DNA from: Myxococcota bacterium
Lineage (GTDB): Bacteria > Myxococcota_A > UBA9160 > UBA4427
Direction: 5' to 3'
Length of the DNA stretch: 64,000 nt
Assembly (NCBI GenBank): GCA_965250285.1
Contig: OZ252299.1
Span: 2,528,001-2,592,000 of the forward strand
The position numbers and the translations under genes were made by a program. This document shows positions 17,887 through 27,564 of this stretch, piece after piece. Under the pieces are notes generated by a model, which had not been told where the DNA came from, did no database searches, and saw only the letters and a list, made by a program, of their open reading frames with translations. Positions within the stretch are counted from its first letter, which is position 1. Every line of letters begins with the position of its first letter.

Positions 17887-18482
17887 TGGGACATGGTCCC
17901 GAGGCTGAAAGGCCTACCGACTCGGGTGGAGTTCCGAGCGAGCCGACCCCAAGCGCAGAACCCGACCCTTGGGCCGAGGCCTCGCTTCCACGAGTCGAAC
18001 CGGAGACAGAGGCGCCTCGAGCCGCCAGCGAGACGACGCGCGTGCGCGAAGTCGTCCTGCAGTACCGAGGGCGCGCACTGCGGGCTCCCAGCGTTATTCG
18101 GGAGCCCGCCGGGGCCGTCGACCTCGCCCGACGAATCGTGCGAGACGACGCGCGTGAGCACTTCCTCGCCGTCTATCTGGATGGCCGCCACCGCCCCATT
18201 GGCCACTCAGTGGTCTCCATTGGTACGGCGACCGCGTCGCTCGTTCACCCGCGCGAGGTCTTCCAGAGTGCCGTTCTCCTCGGTGCCGTCTCGGTGCTTC
18301 TGCTCCACAACCATCCGTCTGGCGACCCATCACCGAGCCGAGAGGACTCCGAAGTGACAGACCGGCTGCGAGATGCAGGTCGAATTCTGGGCATCCGGCT
18401 TCTCGACCACATCGTGTGGACTCGGCACGGCGGCTATCACTCCTTTCGAGAAAGCTCGCCGGCCGAATTCGACCGCAGTTAG
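17886..18482 (+). CDS. radC: RadC-like JAB domain protein
   Basis: REHFLAVYLD, VHPREVF, HNHPSGDPSPSRED, LLDHIV. Confidence 0.92.
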   Translation: MGHGPEAERPTDSGGVPSEPTPSAEPDPWAEASLPRVEPETEAPRAASETTRVREVVLQYRGRALRAPSVIREPAGAVDLARRIVRDDAREHFLAVYLDGRHRPIGHSVVSIGTATASLVHPREVFQSAVLLGAVSVLLLHNHPSGDPSPSREDSEVTDRLRDAGRILGIRLLDHIVWTRHGGYHSFRESSPAEFDRS

Positions 18483-18514
18483 ACGCGATACGAGAACGCG
18501 AGGGTTGCTGGCCG

Positions 18515-19069
18515 TCAGTCGCTTTCTAGCTCTTCGGCGTTGGCCCCTAGCCAGTCGTCGAGTTCGAACTCGTCGAACAGGTCTCCAGGCTCTGACTGCT
18601 TCCAGCCAAAGTGAAGCCACTCCCGAGCGTCAGCTTCTGCGGCCGAGTAGTCGTCAAGCGTGTGCTGCCCGCTGCTCTGCACGTGCAGGAAAGCGTGCGC
18701 CAGCTCATGTGCGATCGTCGTCCGGACCAATCTTGGCGGCATCCGATCTATCAACTCAGCGGCGAAATCCATCTCGGTGTAGAGAAGCCGAGACTGCGCT
18801 ACTGCGTGCGCAGATGGACCTTGCTCGAAGCCCGGAGACTGCCGGGGCAGTAGCGCGATGCGCGGGATTGGCGCCATTTCGCCTTGCAGATCTTTCGGGC
18901 CGCGTCGCTCCCTCCAGAGGCCATTGAGCAAGCTCCGGTGCTCGGCTGGAATCATGTTCCAGGTCTCGCGGAAGAGAGCGGCGAAGCGTTCATCATCGCC
19001 GTAGCCGAGCGGCGCTACATACAGTCCCCAAGAGCTGTCGACTTCGAGCAACTCCATACAACAGTCCAT
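18515..19069 (-). CDS. HExxH zinc metallopeptidase-like protein
   Basis: TIAHELAHAFL with downstream AEADA. Confidence 0.7.
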   Translation of the reverse strand: MDCCMELLEVDSSWGLYVAPLGYGDDERFAALFRETWNMIPAEHRSLLNGLWRERRGPKDLQGEMAPIPRIALLPRQSPGFEQGPSAHAVAQSRLLYTEMDFAAELIDRMPPRLVRTTIAHELAHAFLHVQSSGQHTLDDYSAAEADAREWLHFGWKQSEPGDLFDEFELDDWLGANAEELESD

Positions 19070-19227
19070 AGCCTATCGGCGGCCGTGATTGGTCAATCCA
19101 GGATCGCTCAACTCGCTGGCGCAAGAGCAGGGTGGCGCCGGAGAGTATTCAAACGGGACAAGCGTGCGTCCCGCGCCGACACCGAGCCGGCATTCGCTAC
19201 GCCTCGATAATCTCGCACGAGCCGCAA

Positions 19228-19692
19228 CTACGGCCGAATCACGCCCTGAGGAACGAGCTCCGCATCGATGAGGGCATTGAACTCGGGGCTCTGGAAGCCC
19301 TTCGCATCATTCCAAACGGCCCGAGGAATCGGGAGCGCGAAGAAGGCTCGGATATCGCTCTGCAGTCCCCAGATTGGCGTGATGGCCCCGGCGCGCGTCG
19401 CCTCGAACGCGGCGTTCAGGTGAAGGACCAGGAGCATCACGAAGAGCCGCTCCTCGCCCGTGATAGGCGTTGCCTCGAGGTTGGCGCCGGGGTCGGTGAC
19501 GCGGAGCAGGGAGGGCTTGTCAAAGACCTCCTGCCAGAGCGCTCGATGCCCTTCCGTGAACCGCACCAAGCCATCGATTCGAAGTGCCCTGCGCTGGGCC
19601 CATGCGGACCAGCCGGATAGCGCGAGCCCCGTGACGATTCCCAGCGTCTGGATGAGTTCGAACCAATGATGGGCAAGCCAGGCTGGGATCAT
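19228..19692 (-). CDS. Hypothetical protein with N-terminal TM helix
   Basis: GAGGAG RBS; hydrophobic N-terminus then helical domain. Confidence 0.7.
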   Translation of the reverse strand: MIPAWLAHHWFELIQTLGIVTGLALSGWSAWAQRRALRIDGLVRFTEGHRALWQEVFDKPSLLRVTDPGANLEATPITGEERLFVMLLVLHLNAAFEATRAGAITPIWGLQSDIRAFFALPIPRAVWNDAKGFQSPEFNALIDAELVPQGVIRP

Positions 19693-19753
19693 TCTCCTCG
19701 TGCACGTTCGCGGAATGCGATGCGTTTTCCACACAACGGAATACCATGATTCG

Positions 19754-20002
19754 CTACTCCGAGGGAAGGTCCTCTCGCGCCGCGGTCAGGATCCGCCTCG
19801 GGACCAGTACGATTTCCTCGTCGGGCCCGCAGCTTGCGGTCGCGGGGAGACGAGGACCGAGGGAAGAAGTGCTCCGGATTCCGATGACAGCAAAGTCGCC
19901 GTTCGAGAGCTCCCAGACGTCGGGGCAACCTGCCAGGCCGGGCGTGTCACCCGCCTCGTGGGGGTCCGGGCCGAGCCGACGAACGAACTCGAGCGAAGCC
20001 AT
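19754..20002 (-). CDS. Small conserved-looking hypothetical protein
   Basis: AGGAGG RBS; CPDVWELSNGDFAVIG motif. Confidence 0.75.
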   Translation of the reverse strand: MASLEFVRRLGPDPHEAGDTPGLAGCPDVWELSNGDFAVIGIRSTSSLGPRLPATASCGPDEEIVLVPRRILTAAREDLPSE

Positions 20003-20039
20003 GTGCGGCCTCCTTTCCTGGAGTCGAAGACAGCAAAAT

Positions 20040-20054
20040 ATCCCATTTTGGGAT
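20040..20054. promoter_or_regulatory. Palindromic operator candidate
   Basis: ATCCCA-ttt-TGGGAT in an AT-rich patch between divergent genes. Confidence 0.5.
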
Positions 20055-20103
20055 CTTCGCTACTGCGGGCGTCTCCTGCCCCAGAACAGGGGGGGCCGCT
20101 GAG

Positions 20104-20349
20104 ATGCCGCGGAAGGCGGCGGCCGACGCCCAGGACGCCCGCGACGAGGCCCGATATGCCCGGCTGCTGGCCCTCCTGCGACAGGCCCGGAAGGAGGCCG
20201 GACTGACGCAAGTCGAGGCGGCGGAGGCCCTCGGGAAGCCGCAATCCTTCGTCTCGAAGTGCGAGGCCGGCGAGCGGCGCATCGACGTCGTGGAGCTCGA
20301 GCGCTTCGCGAAGGTCTACGGGAAGCCGGTGACCTTCTTCTTGGAATAG
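20104..20349 (+). CDS. XRE family HTH regulator
   Basis: LRQARKEAGLTQVEAAEALGKPQSFVSKCEAGERRIDVVEL. Confidence 0.92.
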   Translation: MPRKAAADAQDARDEARYARLLALLRQARKEAGLTQVEAAEALGKPQSFVSKCEAGERRIDVVELERFAKVYGKPVTFFLE

Positions 20350-20399
20350 ACACTCTGCGCAGCTTCGGTTGGCCCTCGGCGACGGCGGTCAGGCCGAGC

Positions 20400-20995
20400 T
20401 CAGTCGCTCGTCACATCCTCGATTGCCTTCGCTAGCCGCTCCTGTCTCTCGTCGAGGAACTCATCAAAGCGGCCCTCTCGCAAGGTCGAGCCCTGCCCAC
20501 CCGGAAGGAGATGGGATTCGAGCACCTTGTCGAGTCGGTCGGCACCCAGTTCGGCCTCGATCTCAGCCAGGTAGACCACCGGTGCCTTCTTCCCGATTCG
20601 AATGTTCGTCTCCTTGTCAATCAGTGTCCGATTGAGAATGCAATCCCGAAGCGTTGCCGTGACCTTGACATCAGCATCCACCAAGTACCCCTTCGGAAAG
20701 ACGTGGTGGTCGTCGATCTTCTTCTCGAGAACCATGCTGGCCGTTATGCGATTGCCGGAGTGGAAGTCCCGAGCCTCGCTTCGAAGAATGAGGGCAATGC
20801 ATCCCCGATAAACGCCCCTCTGCCGAGGTGTCGTCTCTCGAAGCACATCCGGCTCAAACGTGAAGCTCTGGACACTCTCGGGCTCGTCGCCTCCCGCGAA
20901 CCAGTTCGTGAGCTCCGTGTAGTCCTTGACTGCCTGCGAGTTCGGGGCGTTCTCGTACGACTGACCGAACACCGAGCACCAGAACCACCGCTTCG
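20400..20995 (-). pseudogene. C-terminal fragment of a DUF262/GmrSD-type protein (DUF1524-like HNH motif)
   Basis: RWFWCS, IDDHHVFPKGYL, ILNRTLIDKETNIRIG; no own start, begins at junction ~20995. Confidence 0.75.
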
Positions 20996-22443
20996 TCAAA
21001 GAGCTTGTCGTTGCGGGCGCTCGCGATAAGCCTGGCTTGTGGGTTCTCCTCCTCGCGGAAAATGAGACGGTCCCCATCCTGATGAATATTGAAGCTGTTC
21101 TCTACGATTGCGGCGAGCTCCGCCTCAAAGGCGTTGTCGTCGACCGGCTTGTCTCTGGTTATATCGATGTGTAGAACCTGCGGAACGGCCCCCGCGAGGT
21201 TCTCGGCGACAAGGGAGCGCAGCCACAGCGCGCCGATGATTTCTTCAAGATGAGGAACTGTCTGGTCAGCATCCTTCACCGCGTCGCGCACCGCTTCCAG
21301 GTTCCGCTGGGCCTTCTCGCGAAGCTTCTGGTGGTGCTGGTTCGCGACCGAGTCGATGAGGGCGGTAATCCCGCTGGCGTCGTCCTCAATACGGAAGTCC
21401 GCGGCCGTGATCAGCGGTTTTGCCTGGCCGTGCTTCTTGTACAGCTGCGCGAGGATGCGAATTAGGTCACGGGTTTCCTGCGCTGCTGTTGCGACCAGCA
21501 CATGGTCTTCAAGTAGCTGCATCAAGTGAGGGGCGAAGGGCCACGTCTCAGCGAAGTCCTGCTTGGTGCGCTCATGCTCGCTAGGCGGAATCTCGGCGAG
21601 GCGGAGATACTCAGAAACATGTGCTTCGGTCAACGTCGAGATTTGGTCCGCGGGCACTTGGATACGGTTCTCGAACAGCCTGTGAAGCAACAAGCGCTGG
21701 CGATCCCGTTTAGCAGTCGGCCCTTTGAAATCGACAAGGATGGGACTGACCCGTTGAATCTGCTGAAAGGCGTCGGTGCTGCCGTTCCGCACCGAGACCA
21801 CAAGCACGAGTAGTTCGGGATGTTCCTTCGCGATTTCCGAGAGAATCTGGACGAAGTTGAAGGCCCAGTTGCGATAGGGGGTTCGCTTGGTCTGCGACAG
21901 CCCGTCGAACCACGTCTGATACTCATCTAGAATAAGGGCGCACGGTGTGTGCCTAAAGAGCTCAAGCAGCAGCTTTTCGCCGGGGACGTCCGTCTGCTTG
22001 TCGCCTTGCCCCATCCACATACCGCGGACGTGAGCGCCGTGCGGATGCCTGTCGAAGAGTAAATCCCACAAGAACTTGTAACTCTGCTTGTGAAGACTCT
22101 CGCTGATCACGCACATTGAGTCTCGCAAGGGCAAGGCGGCGATCTGCGGGTTGGCTAGGCGTTCACTCCATTCACTCAGCCAAGAGCGCGTGGCGTCCGG
22201 CTCGTTGAAGGCGTGATCGAGCACGGCCATCAAGTGGGATTTACCCTGGCCCCGCTCACCAATCATGACCAATGGACGACCCTGGCTGGGACCCACTGCC
22301 TCGATGGATTTGAGAACGTCGCCGGAGGGGTAGGTGATCTCCAAGAACTCGGTGGCGGCCATCTTCTTGGCCGTATCGAGCTCGATAGCGGTGCCTTTGA
22401 GACGGCGTCCCCGGAACTCTTCTCGCAGCTTGAGGTCAAGCAT
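20854..22443 (-). pseudogene. DUF499-type ATPase, C-terminally truncated
   Basis: Walker A GERGQGKS, Walker B LILDE, WPFAP; after NDKLFD the frame runs into an off-frame tail. Confidence 0.75.
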
Positions 22444-22494
22444 GAGAGAGACCGCCTGGTCTCTGAGCGATATCCAGCTCAGTCTTGTGGGCTC

Positions 22495-22704
22495 TCATAC
22501 CTTGCGGGCCTCCTGTTGTGCGTTCGCCGTCTTCTGAGCTTCTACCCAGGTCTGGATGTCCTCCGGGCGGAAGCGCCAAGCGCCTGCCACCTTGAATCCT
22601 GGCAGCTCGCGGCGCTGGGCGAGGCGGTAGACCGTCTTCTCATTGACATTGAGATAGGCAGCTACCTCGCGAACGGTCATGGCGGGAGGAGTGGAGTCCG
22701 TCAT
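22495..22704 (-). CDS. Excisionase-like HTH DNA-binding protein
   Basis: MTVREVAAYLNV..TVYRLA..LPGFKVAGAWRF; GAGGAGG RBS. Confidence 0.9.
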   Translation of the reverse strand: MTDSTPPAMTVREVAAYLNVNEKTVYRLAQRRELPGFKVAGAWRFRPEDIQTWVEAQKTANAQQEARKV

Positions 22705-22790
22705 CAGCCTCCTCAGGCAGGGAATCGGGTCCTAAGTAGTCCAAGTGATGGTACTCGCAGACATACGTGCAAGCCATCGATTCCCGGCCA

Positions 22791-23480
22791 CTATCTGGCG
22801 AGATGCCCCCCGGGGCTGTGGCTCGGTGGAGGAGAAAAGTGCGGCGGCCACGGTCTGCAAGCGCGAATGCAGTCCGGACACAACCGGCTCAGACCCGCCG
22901 CCTGCCGCCGGTCATTGACGCGCCGAAGAAGGGCCAGGAACTGGCGGCGCACAGGGGCATATACCTGCCACCGCGACGACTGCCTCCAGAACTCCGCCCG
23001 AAGCCGCTCCGTAGAGCGGCGGAGCGCGATGCACTCGAATTGCCGCTTGAGGTTGCGGTACGTCTCCTCGTCGAGACGAACACTCGCACGTTCCCGATGC
23101 TCGCCCCTGCGCATGGCCGAACCGTCGCGCCGCAGAGCGACCGAGTAGCCATGCGCCCGAATCGGCGTCTTTCGCAGGTCTCGAACCCGCTCCTTGGCAT
23201 CAACGGCCAGAACGAAATCCGGCGAAGTCGCCATCAAGACCCACGCCCTCCCGTGGCGGAAGTAGTGCGCGTTCGAGAGGCCGCGAGCTTTCCGGTAGGC
23301 GCGCTGCCTACGCGTCTTCCGAACGCCGTACTTCGACAGGATCTTGTCGTCGACCCGCTCGACCGCTTTTCGCTCGGGCACTTCGCCCTGAACGAAGAAC
23401 CGGTACCCGCATTGAGCCAGCACGACGACGCGCTGCACAAAGCCGGCCGGCGTCGCGCACTCATATCGGTATGGCTCCAT
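22791..23480 (-). CDS. Hypothetical basic protein
   Basis: 229-aa ORF, GGAG RBS. Confidence 0.65.
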   Translation of the reverse strand: MEPYRYECATPAGFVQRVVVLAQCGYRFFVQGEVPERKAVERVDDKILSKYGVRKTRRQRAYRKARGLSNAHYFRHGRAWVLMATSPDFVLAVDAKERVRDLRKTPIRAHGYSVALRRDGSAMRRGEHRERASVRLDEETYRNLKRQFECIALRRSTERLRAEFWRQSSRWQVYAPVRRQFLALLRRVNDRRQAAGLSRLCPDCIRACRPWPPHFSPPPSHSPGGHLAR

Positions 23481-25037
23481 CTCCGCGCTCGCTCTCTCTG
23501 CTCTGCAAGATGCAGGGTTTCTCTCGGCGAACCCTGCGAAGACCGCACTCCAACCTCCTTTCTGCAGGCGTCGCTGCGCCTACTATGTCCCTCCTGGCCG
23601 TTCCCCAACTCATGGCTGTGCCATTCTCGCGGTCAGGAAACAAGGAAACCTGCCACCGCACTCGCGGTGTCCCTTCCTTCGCCAAAGTCGCCGTGAACCG
23701 GATGAGAGCTGCCAAGCTCCCAGCCGCTTCGCGTCCTGTCAGAAACCAATCCGCCTCGGGCCCCTGCCCGAGAGGCTCTTCCAGGCCAGCGAGGGGCCTC
23801 GCGCACTCAGGCGCGAGGCCTCACCCCGCTAGCCACGTCTGTGGTCGCGTCACTCGCGAGCCACCTCGGCGCTTTCGTTCGTCGCATCGCGTTCGGCTAC
23901 CACCCCGAACGCACGAAGGGCTCCACGACTGGCAGCCGTGTCGCCCCGGAGGCCAAAGCCTCCCTGTCCTACTTGCGCCCCGCTCCCACACTTCAGACCA
24001 CCTCGGATGACGTACCGAGCGCGGCGAGGAACCACCCTCGCTCATCTGAAGTGCTTCCCCGATTAGCAGTCGAGGTCTGATCAGAACGCAGGTCCTGGTG
24101 GTGAGCACATACGCGCGTCGGACATCCGTGTCGAGACCGGCCAGGGCCTCGACATTCTCGGGAACGCGTTCCCGAGCTTCGGGGTACGGACATAGAGGCT
24201 CCCCCTATGCCGGATGGCCGATTGTCCCAGTCTGCCTAGATAGCCGGTCGATTCCGGCCCAGCTCCTGCATTCCATTACGGGCAAGCCCTCGCGGGCCTC
24301 TTACACCGTTGAGCTCTTCGCGCGACGCACTTAGTGAAGGAGCACGCGTGCTCCGTTTTCATGCGTCGCCCGCGTTGTCTGCGCGGTACAGGGCCTCACG
24401 ACCGCTGTAGCTCCCGGCGCCCGCAGCGTAGACAGGTCTCAGAGAGACCTCGCCCCCGCTGGCTGGATTCGAGGGCCGCGTTTGCGGTCCCTCCCACCAG
24501 CTTCCTCAACCGCGGCCCTCGATCGCTCCCGAACGGAGCAAGCTCGAGGGTATGTCTCGGTCGCCCACGTCCCTGTGCGAACTGTTGAATGGGATAGAAG
24601 CTACGGATTGGACCTCGATCGAGGTGATTACTCGTAGCAGCCTCCCTCGCGCACGGACAAGCCAGTCTCCCGGCATCCGGCGCTAAGCGGCAAGAAGTTT
24701 CGCGGATGGTTAGCCCGCGCCCTTAGCCAAGCTGGTAGGGCTTGGTTTACCAGGTACTTCTCCACAGACGGAAGAGCCGAAGCAGACGCGTATCGCGCTG
24801 CCTGGCGTGAGGTCTATCCAACCTCTCAACACACTGTTATGCCCGGAAGCGCGTTGCTAGTCAAAGAACGGCGCGAACGACCGAGCATCATTGGGGCCAA
24901 CGTTTCCCATTACTCCCTTTGTGCAGACGGACCGCTCGGAGCCAATCAGCCTATTGCGTACCTCAGAAACCTATGAGACAAGCGAAGAGATGGATCCGTC
25001 GGATCCGGCAAGCAACTCATCATGACCAACAACCACA

Positions 25038-25835
25038 ATGACAATGACCATCGCATTCGCAAACGAGAAGGGAGGCGTCGCAAAGACCGCCACATGCGTG
25101 AACCTGGCGGGGTGCCTTCTCGAGCAAGGCTTCCGCTGCCTGATCGTCGACTTCGACCCACAGGGAAGCGCTGGCGAGCATCTCGGCATCGCTTCCAGTG
25201 GGGAGGAACTTCTCAAAGCCCTGTCTGGCGAGCAGTCGATCGCCGACCAGGTATGCATGACCAAGAGCGGCATCGATCTCGTTCCGAGCGGTCCCTACCT
25301 GCATGCGCTCCTCGAGATGCCGCGGCGAGCCCGAGAGCGCCTCCTCGAACGCGCTCTGGGTGAACTTCCCTGTGAGACCTGGGACTTCATCCTTCTCGAC
25401 AGTCCGGCCAGAAACGATCTATTGGCCGACAACGTTCTGGTCGCGGCCGACGTCGTCGTCGTCCCCGTCGAGTGCAAGAATCAGTCGCTATCGCCCCTTC
25501 TGCGGCTTCTCGACACCGTCGACCAGGTGCAGAGTGAGTTCGGCTCACCTCGGGGCATCCTCGGCATCCTGCCGACCCGCTACCGAGCTACGACCAGCAT
25601 GAGCAAGGACTTCGTTCGCGTGCTCCGGAGCCAACTCGGTGACATCACGTTCGACACGGTGATTCGAGAGAGCACGAAGGTGGCGGAGGCGCCGAGGAAG
25701 AGCCTTCCCGTCTGCGCCTACGCTCCAGAGAGTCCTGGCGCCACCGACTACAAGACCTTCTGCGAAGAATTCCTGAGCCGCGTTGGCGAGTTCAGCATCC
25801 AATACGCTGGAGCTGCTGATGGAACAGGAATCTAA
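25038..25835 (+). CDS. parA: ParA family ATPase
   Basis: NEKGGVAKT, IVDFDPQG, LLDSP, IRESTKVAEAP. Confidence 0.92.
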   Translation: MTMTIAFANEKGGVAKTATCVNLAGCLLEQGFRCLIVDFDPQGSAGEHLGIASSGEELLKALSGEQSIADQVCMTKSGIDLVPSGPYLHALLEMPRRARERLLERALGELPCETWDFILLDSPARNDLLADNVLVAADVVVVPVECKNQSLSPLLRLLDTVDQVQSEFGSPRGILGILPTRYRATTSMSKDFVRVLRSQLGDITFDTVIRESTKVAEAPRKSLPVCAYAPESPGATDYKTFCEEFLSRVGEFSIQYAGAADGTGI

Positions 25836-26151
25836 GGAATCTACCGTTGCGTTCGGCGCCATTGCGGACAACCTGCGCCGACGGAACCTGACGCCCGCGC
25901 GAAACCGAGCCGCCCCGAAGGCCGGGCCGCGGAAGAAGCGCGTCTCGTTCCATCTGACGGAGGACCTCGCAGAGCGCCTCCGGAATGCTGTCTACCACCT
26001 GTCCGGGCCACCACACCGGCTCACGATGGCCGCTCTCGCCGAGTCAGCCCTGCATCGCGAGGTCTCGCGCCTCGAGAAGGAAGCCAACGAGGGGGAGCGG
26101 TTCCCCAGCAGATCGGAGGAGCTCTCGGGAGGTCGAGGTGTCGGACGGTGA
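25819..26151 (+). CDS. ParA partner, RHH/ParG-like
   Basis: RVSFHLTEDLAERLR..LAESAL; overlaps parA end. Confidence 0.7.
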   Translation: MEQESKESTVAFGAIADNLRRRNLTPARNRAAPKAGPRKKRVSFHLTEDLAERLRNAVYHLSGPPHRLTMAALAESALHREVSRLEKEANEGERFPSRSEELSGGRGVGR

Positions 26152-26152
26152 G

Positions 26153-27280
26153 ATGAGCCCGCCATCAGGTCGAGAGTTCCCGAGACGTCCACTGCTCTCC
26201 GTTGAGAAGCAGGTGGAAACGAACATCGAGACAGGTCGCTCCCAGACTCGAATGTTCGTCAAGCTCTACTTCGAGGCCCGAGACTCCGGTCTGCTGGCGG
26301 AGATGCCTCCCGAGCTGTGGCACACGCTTTGCTGCCTCGCCACGTACATGAACGAGGAGGGGCTCTGCTTTCCAGGCCAGCAGCGGATGGCACGGGAGCT
26401 CGGGATCAGCAGGCAGCAGCTGAACTCCAGGCTGAAACGCCTGGCCGCTTTCCGGTTCCAAGGGCGTCCGGTTATCCGAGTTTGGAAGGAGCGTAGGCGC
26501 GCGTCCGGGCGTTGGGCTCGGAACATCTACCGGGTCATGCCCGTGACCGGTCTGTCGATCTTCGGCTCGAACGCCGTGGACGGCGCCGCTGGCGGCTCGT
26601 CCGAGTCCGTGTCAAGTGGAGACGACACGGAGACCATGTCACCTCCACCCGACGCGGCCGGGCCTGACATGAACCAGAGCCATTGTTTGAACGAGAACAC
26701 AACGTGTGTTCGTTCAAACAACGTTCCTACGGGCGCATTGCTGCAGCTCTTCCACACGCGTCTCGGAAGACCGAATCACAAGCCCAGCCCGAGAGAGCAC
26801 ACGCAGGCCCGGAGATTGATTCTGGCCCACGGACCTGAGCGAGCGCGTCTGGTGGTAGAGCATGCTCTTCAGGCCGCGACACGGACGAACTTCCGGATGA
26901 GGTCGTTCGGGGCGGTGCTCCGCTACGTGGACGAAGCGCTAGCCGAGCTGGCGGCCCTAGAGTCGAAGAAGTCGAGGCAGCACGCCGAACGGCGGCGAGA
27001 GGCTGAGAAGCTTCTCCATCGCAACTATCTCGATTGGAAGCGTTCCGAGATCGCTCGCCTGCGCGCGAACTTGCCAGCGGCCGAAGCAGATGAACTCGGC
27101 CGCGCTGCACGCGACCGAGTGATTCGCGAGCACGGAGGGCAGCCCCCGGTCGGCTTCGAGACTTTGGTACGGATCGTCGTGGAAGAGGCGATATCGCGCT
27201 CAAATTCCCTTCCGGACTTCGACACGTGGAAGATGCAAGGCGCCCCAGCGAATACAGCCCTCGCGCGTGTCGCGCGTTGA
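26153..27280 (+). CDS. HTH-domain replication initiator-like protein
   Basis: LCCLATYMN..CFPGQQRMARELGISR..LKRL..N.Y pattern; repeat-bearing linker; follows par genes. Confidence 0.7.
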   Translation: MSPPSGREFPRRPLLSVEKQVETNIETGRSQTRMFVKLYFEARDSGLLAEMPPELWHTLCCLATYMNEEGLCFPGQQRMARELGISRQQLNSRLKRLAAFRFQGRPVIRVWKERRRASGRWARNIYRVMPVTGLSIFGSNAVDGAAGGSSESVSSGDDTETMSPPPDAAGPDMNQSHCLNENTTCVRSNNVPTGALLQLFHTRLGRPNHKPSPREHTQARRLILAHGPERARLVVEHALQAATRTNFRMRSFGAVLRYVDEALAELAALESKKSRQHAERRREAEKLLHRNYLDWKRSEIARLRANLPAAEADELGRAARDRVIREHGGQPPVGFETLVRIVVEEAISRSNSLPDFDTWKMQGAPANTALARVAR

Positions 27281-27564
27281 ACGCACTCAACACGGCGAGA
27301 GCGAATACAACGTATTCGGTTCGCGTGCGCGAATACATTCTGGTGGATTGACGACTACTCGAAGCGCTCAATACGGTCGATTGCGAGGAGACTCGCATGA
27401 ACGTTCGTCGTAGTTGCGCGAACTACCTGCCCAAGCCGGTCGCGATTTCTTGCTCGGCTGGCCGTGCGCCTTCGAAGGCGACTGCGGTTCTCCTCGTTCA
27501 GATCAGCGTGAGACGCGTTGGCCGGTTGGGCCAGCGGCCTGACGCTGCGAGCAAGGAGAGCGTC

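Noticed and set aside
17886..18482. RadC JAB as part of the E1/E2 conjugation system
   Set aside because: Ordinary RadC-type protein 12 kb away; the fusion has its own JAB.
24727..24753. H-type pseudoknot or ribozyme
   Set aside because: Loops of 0-2 nt are too short for both stems to form together; no catalytic motif recognised.
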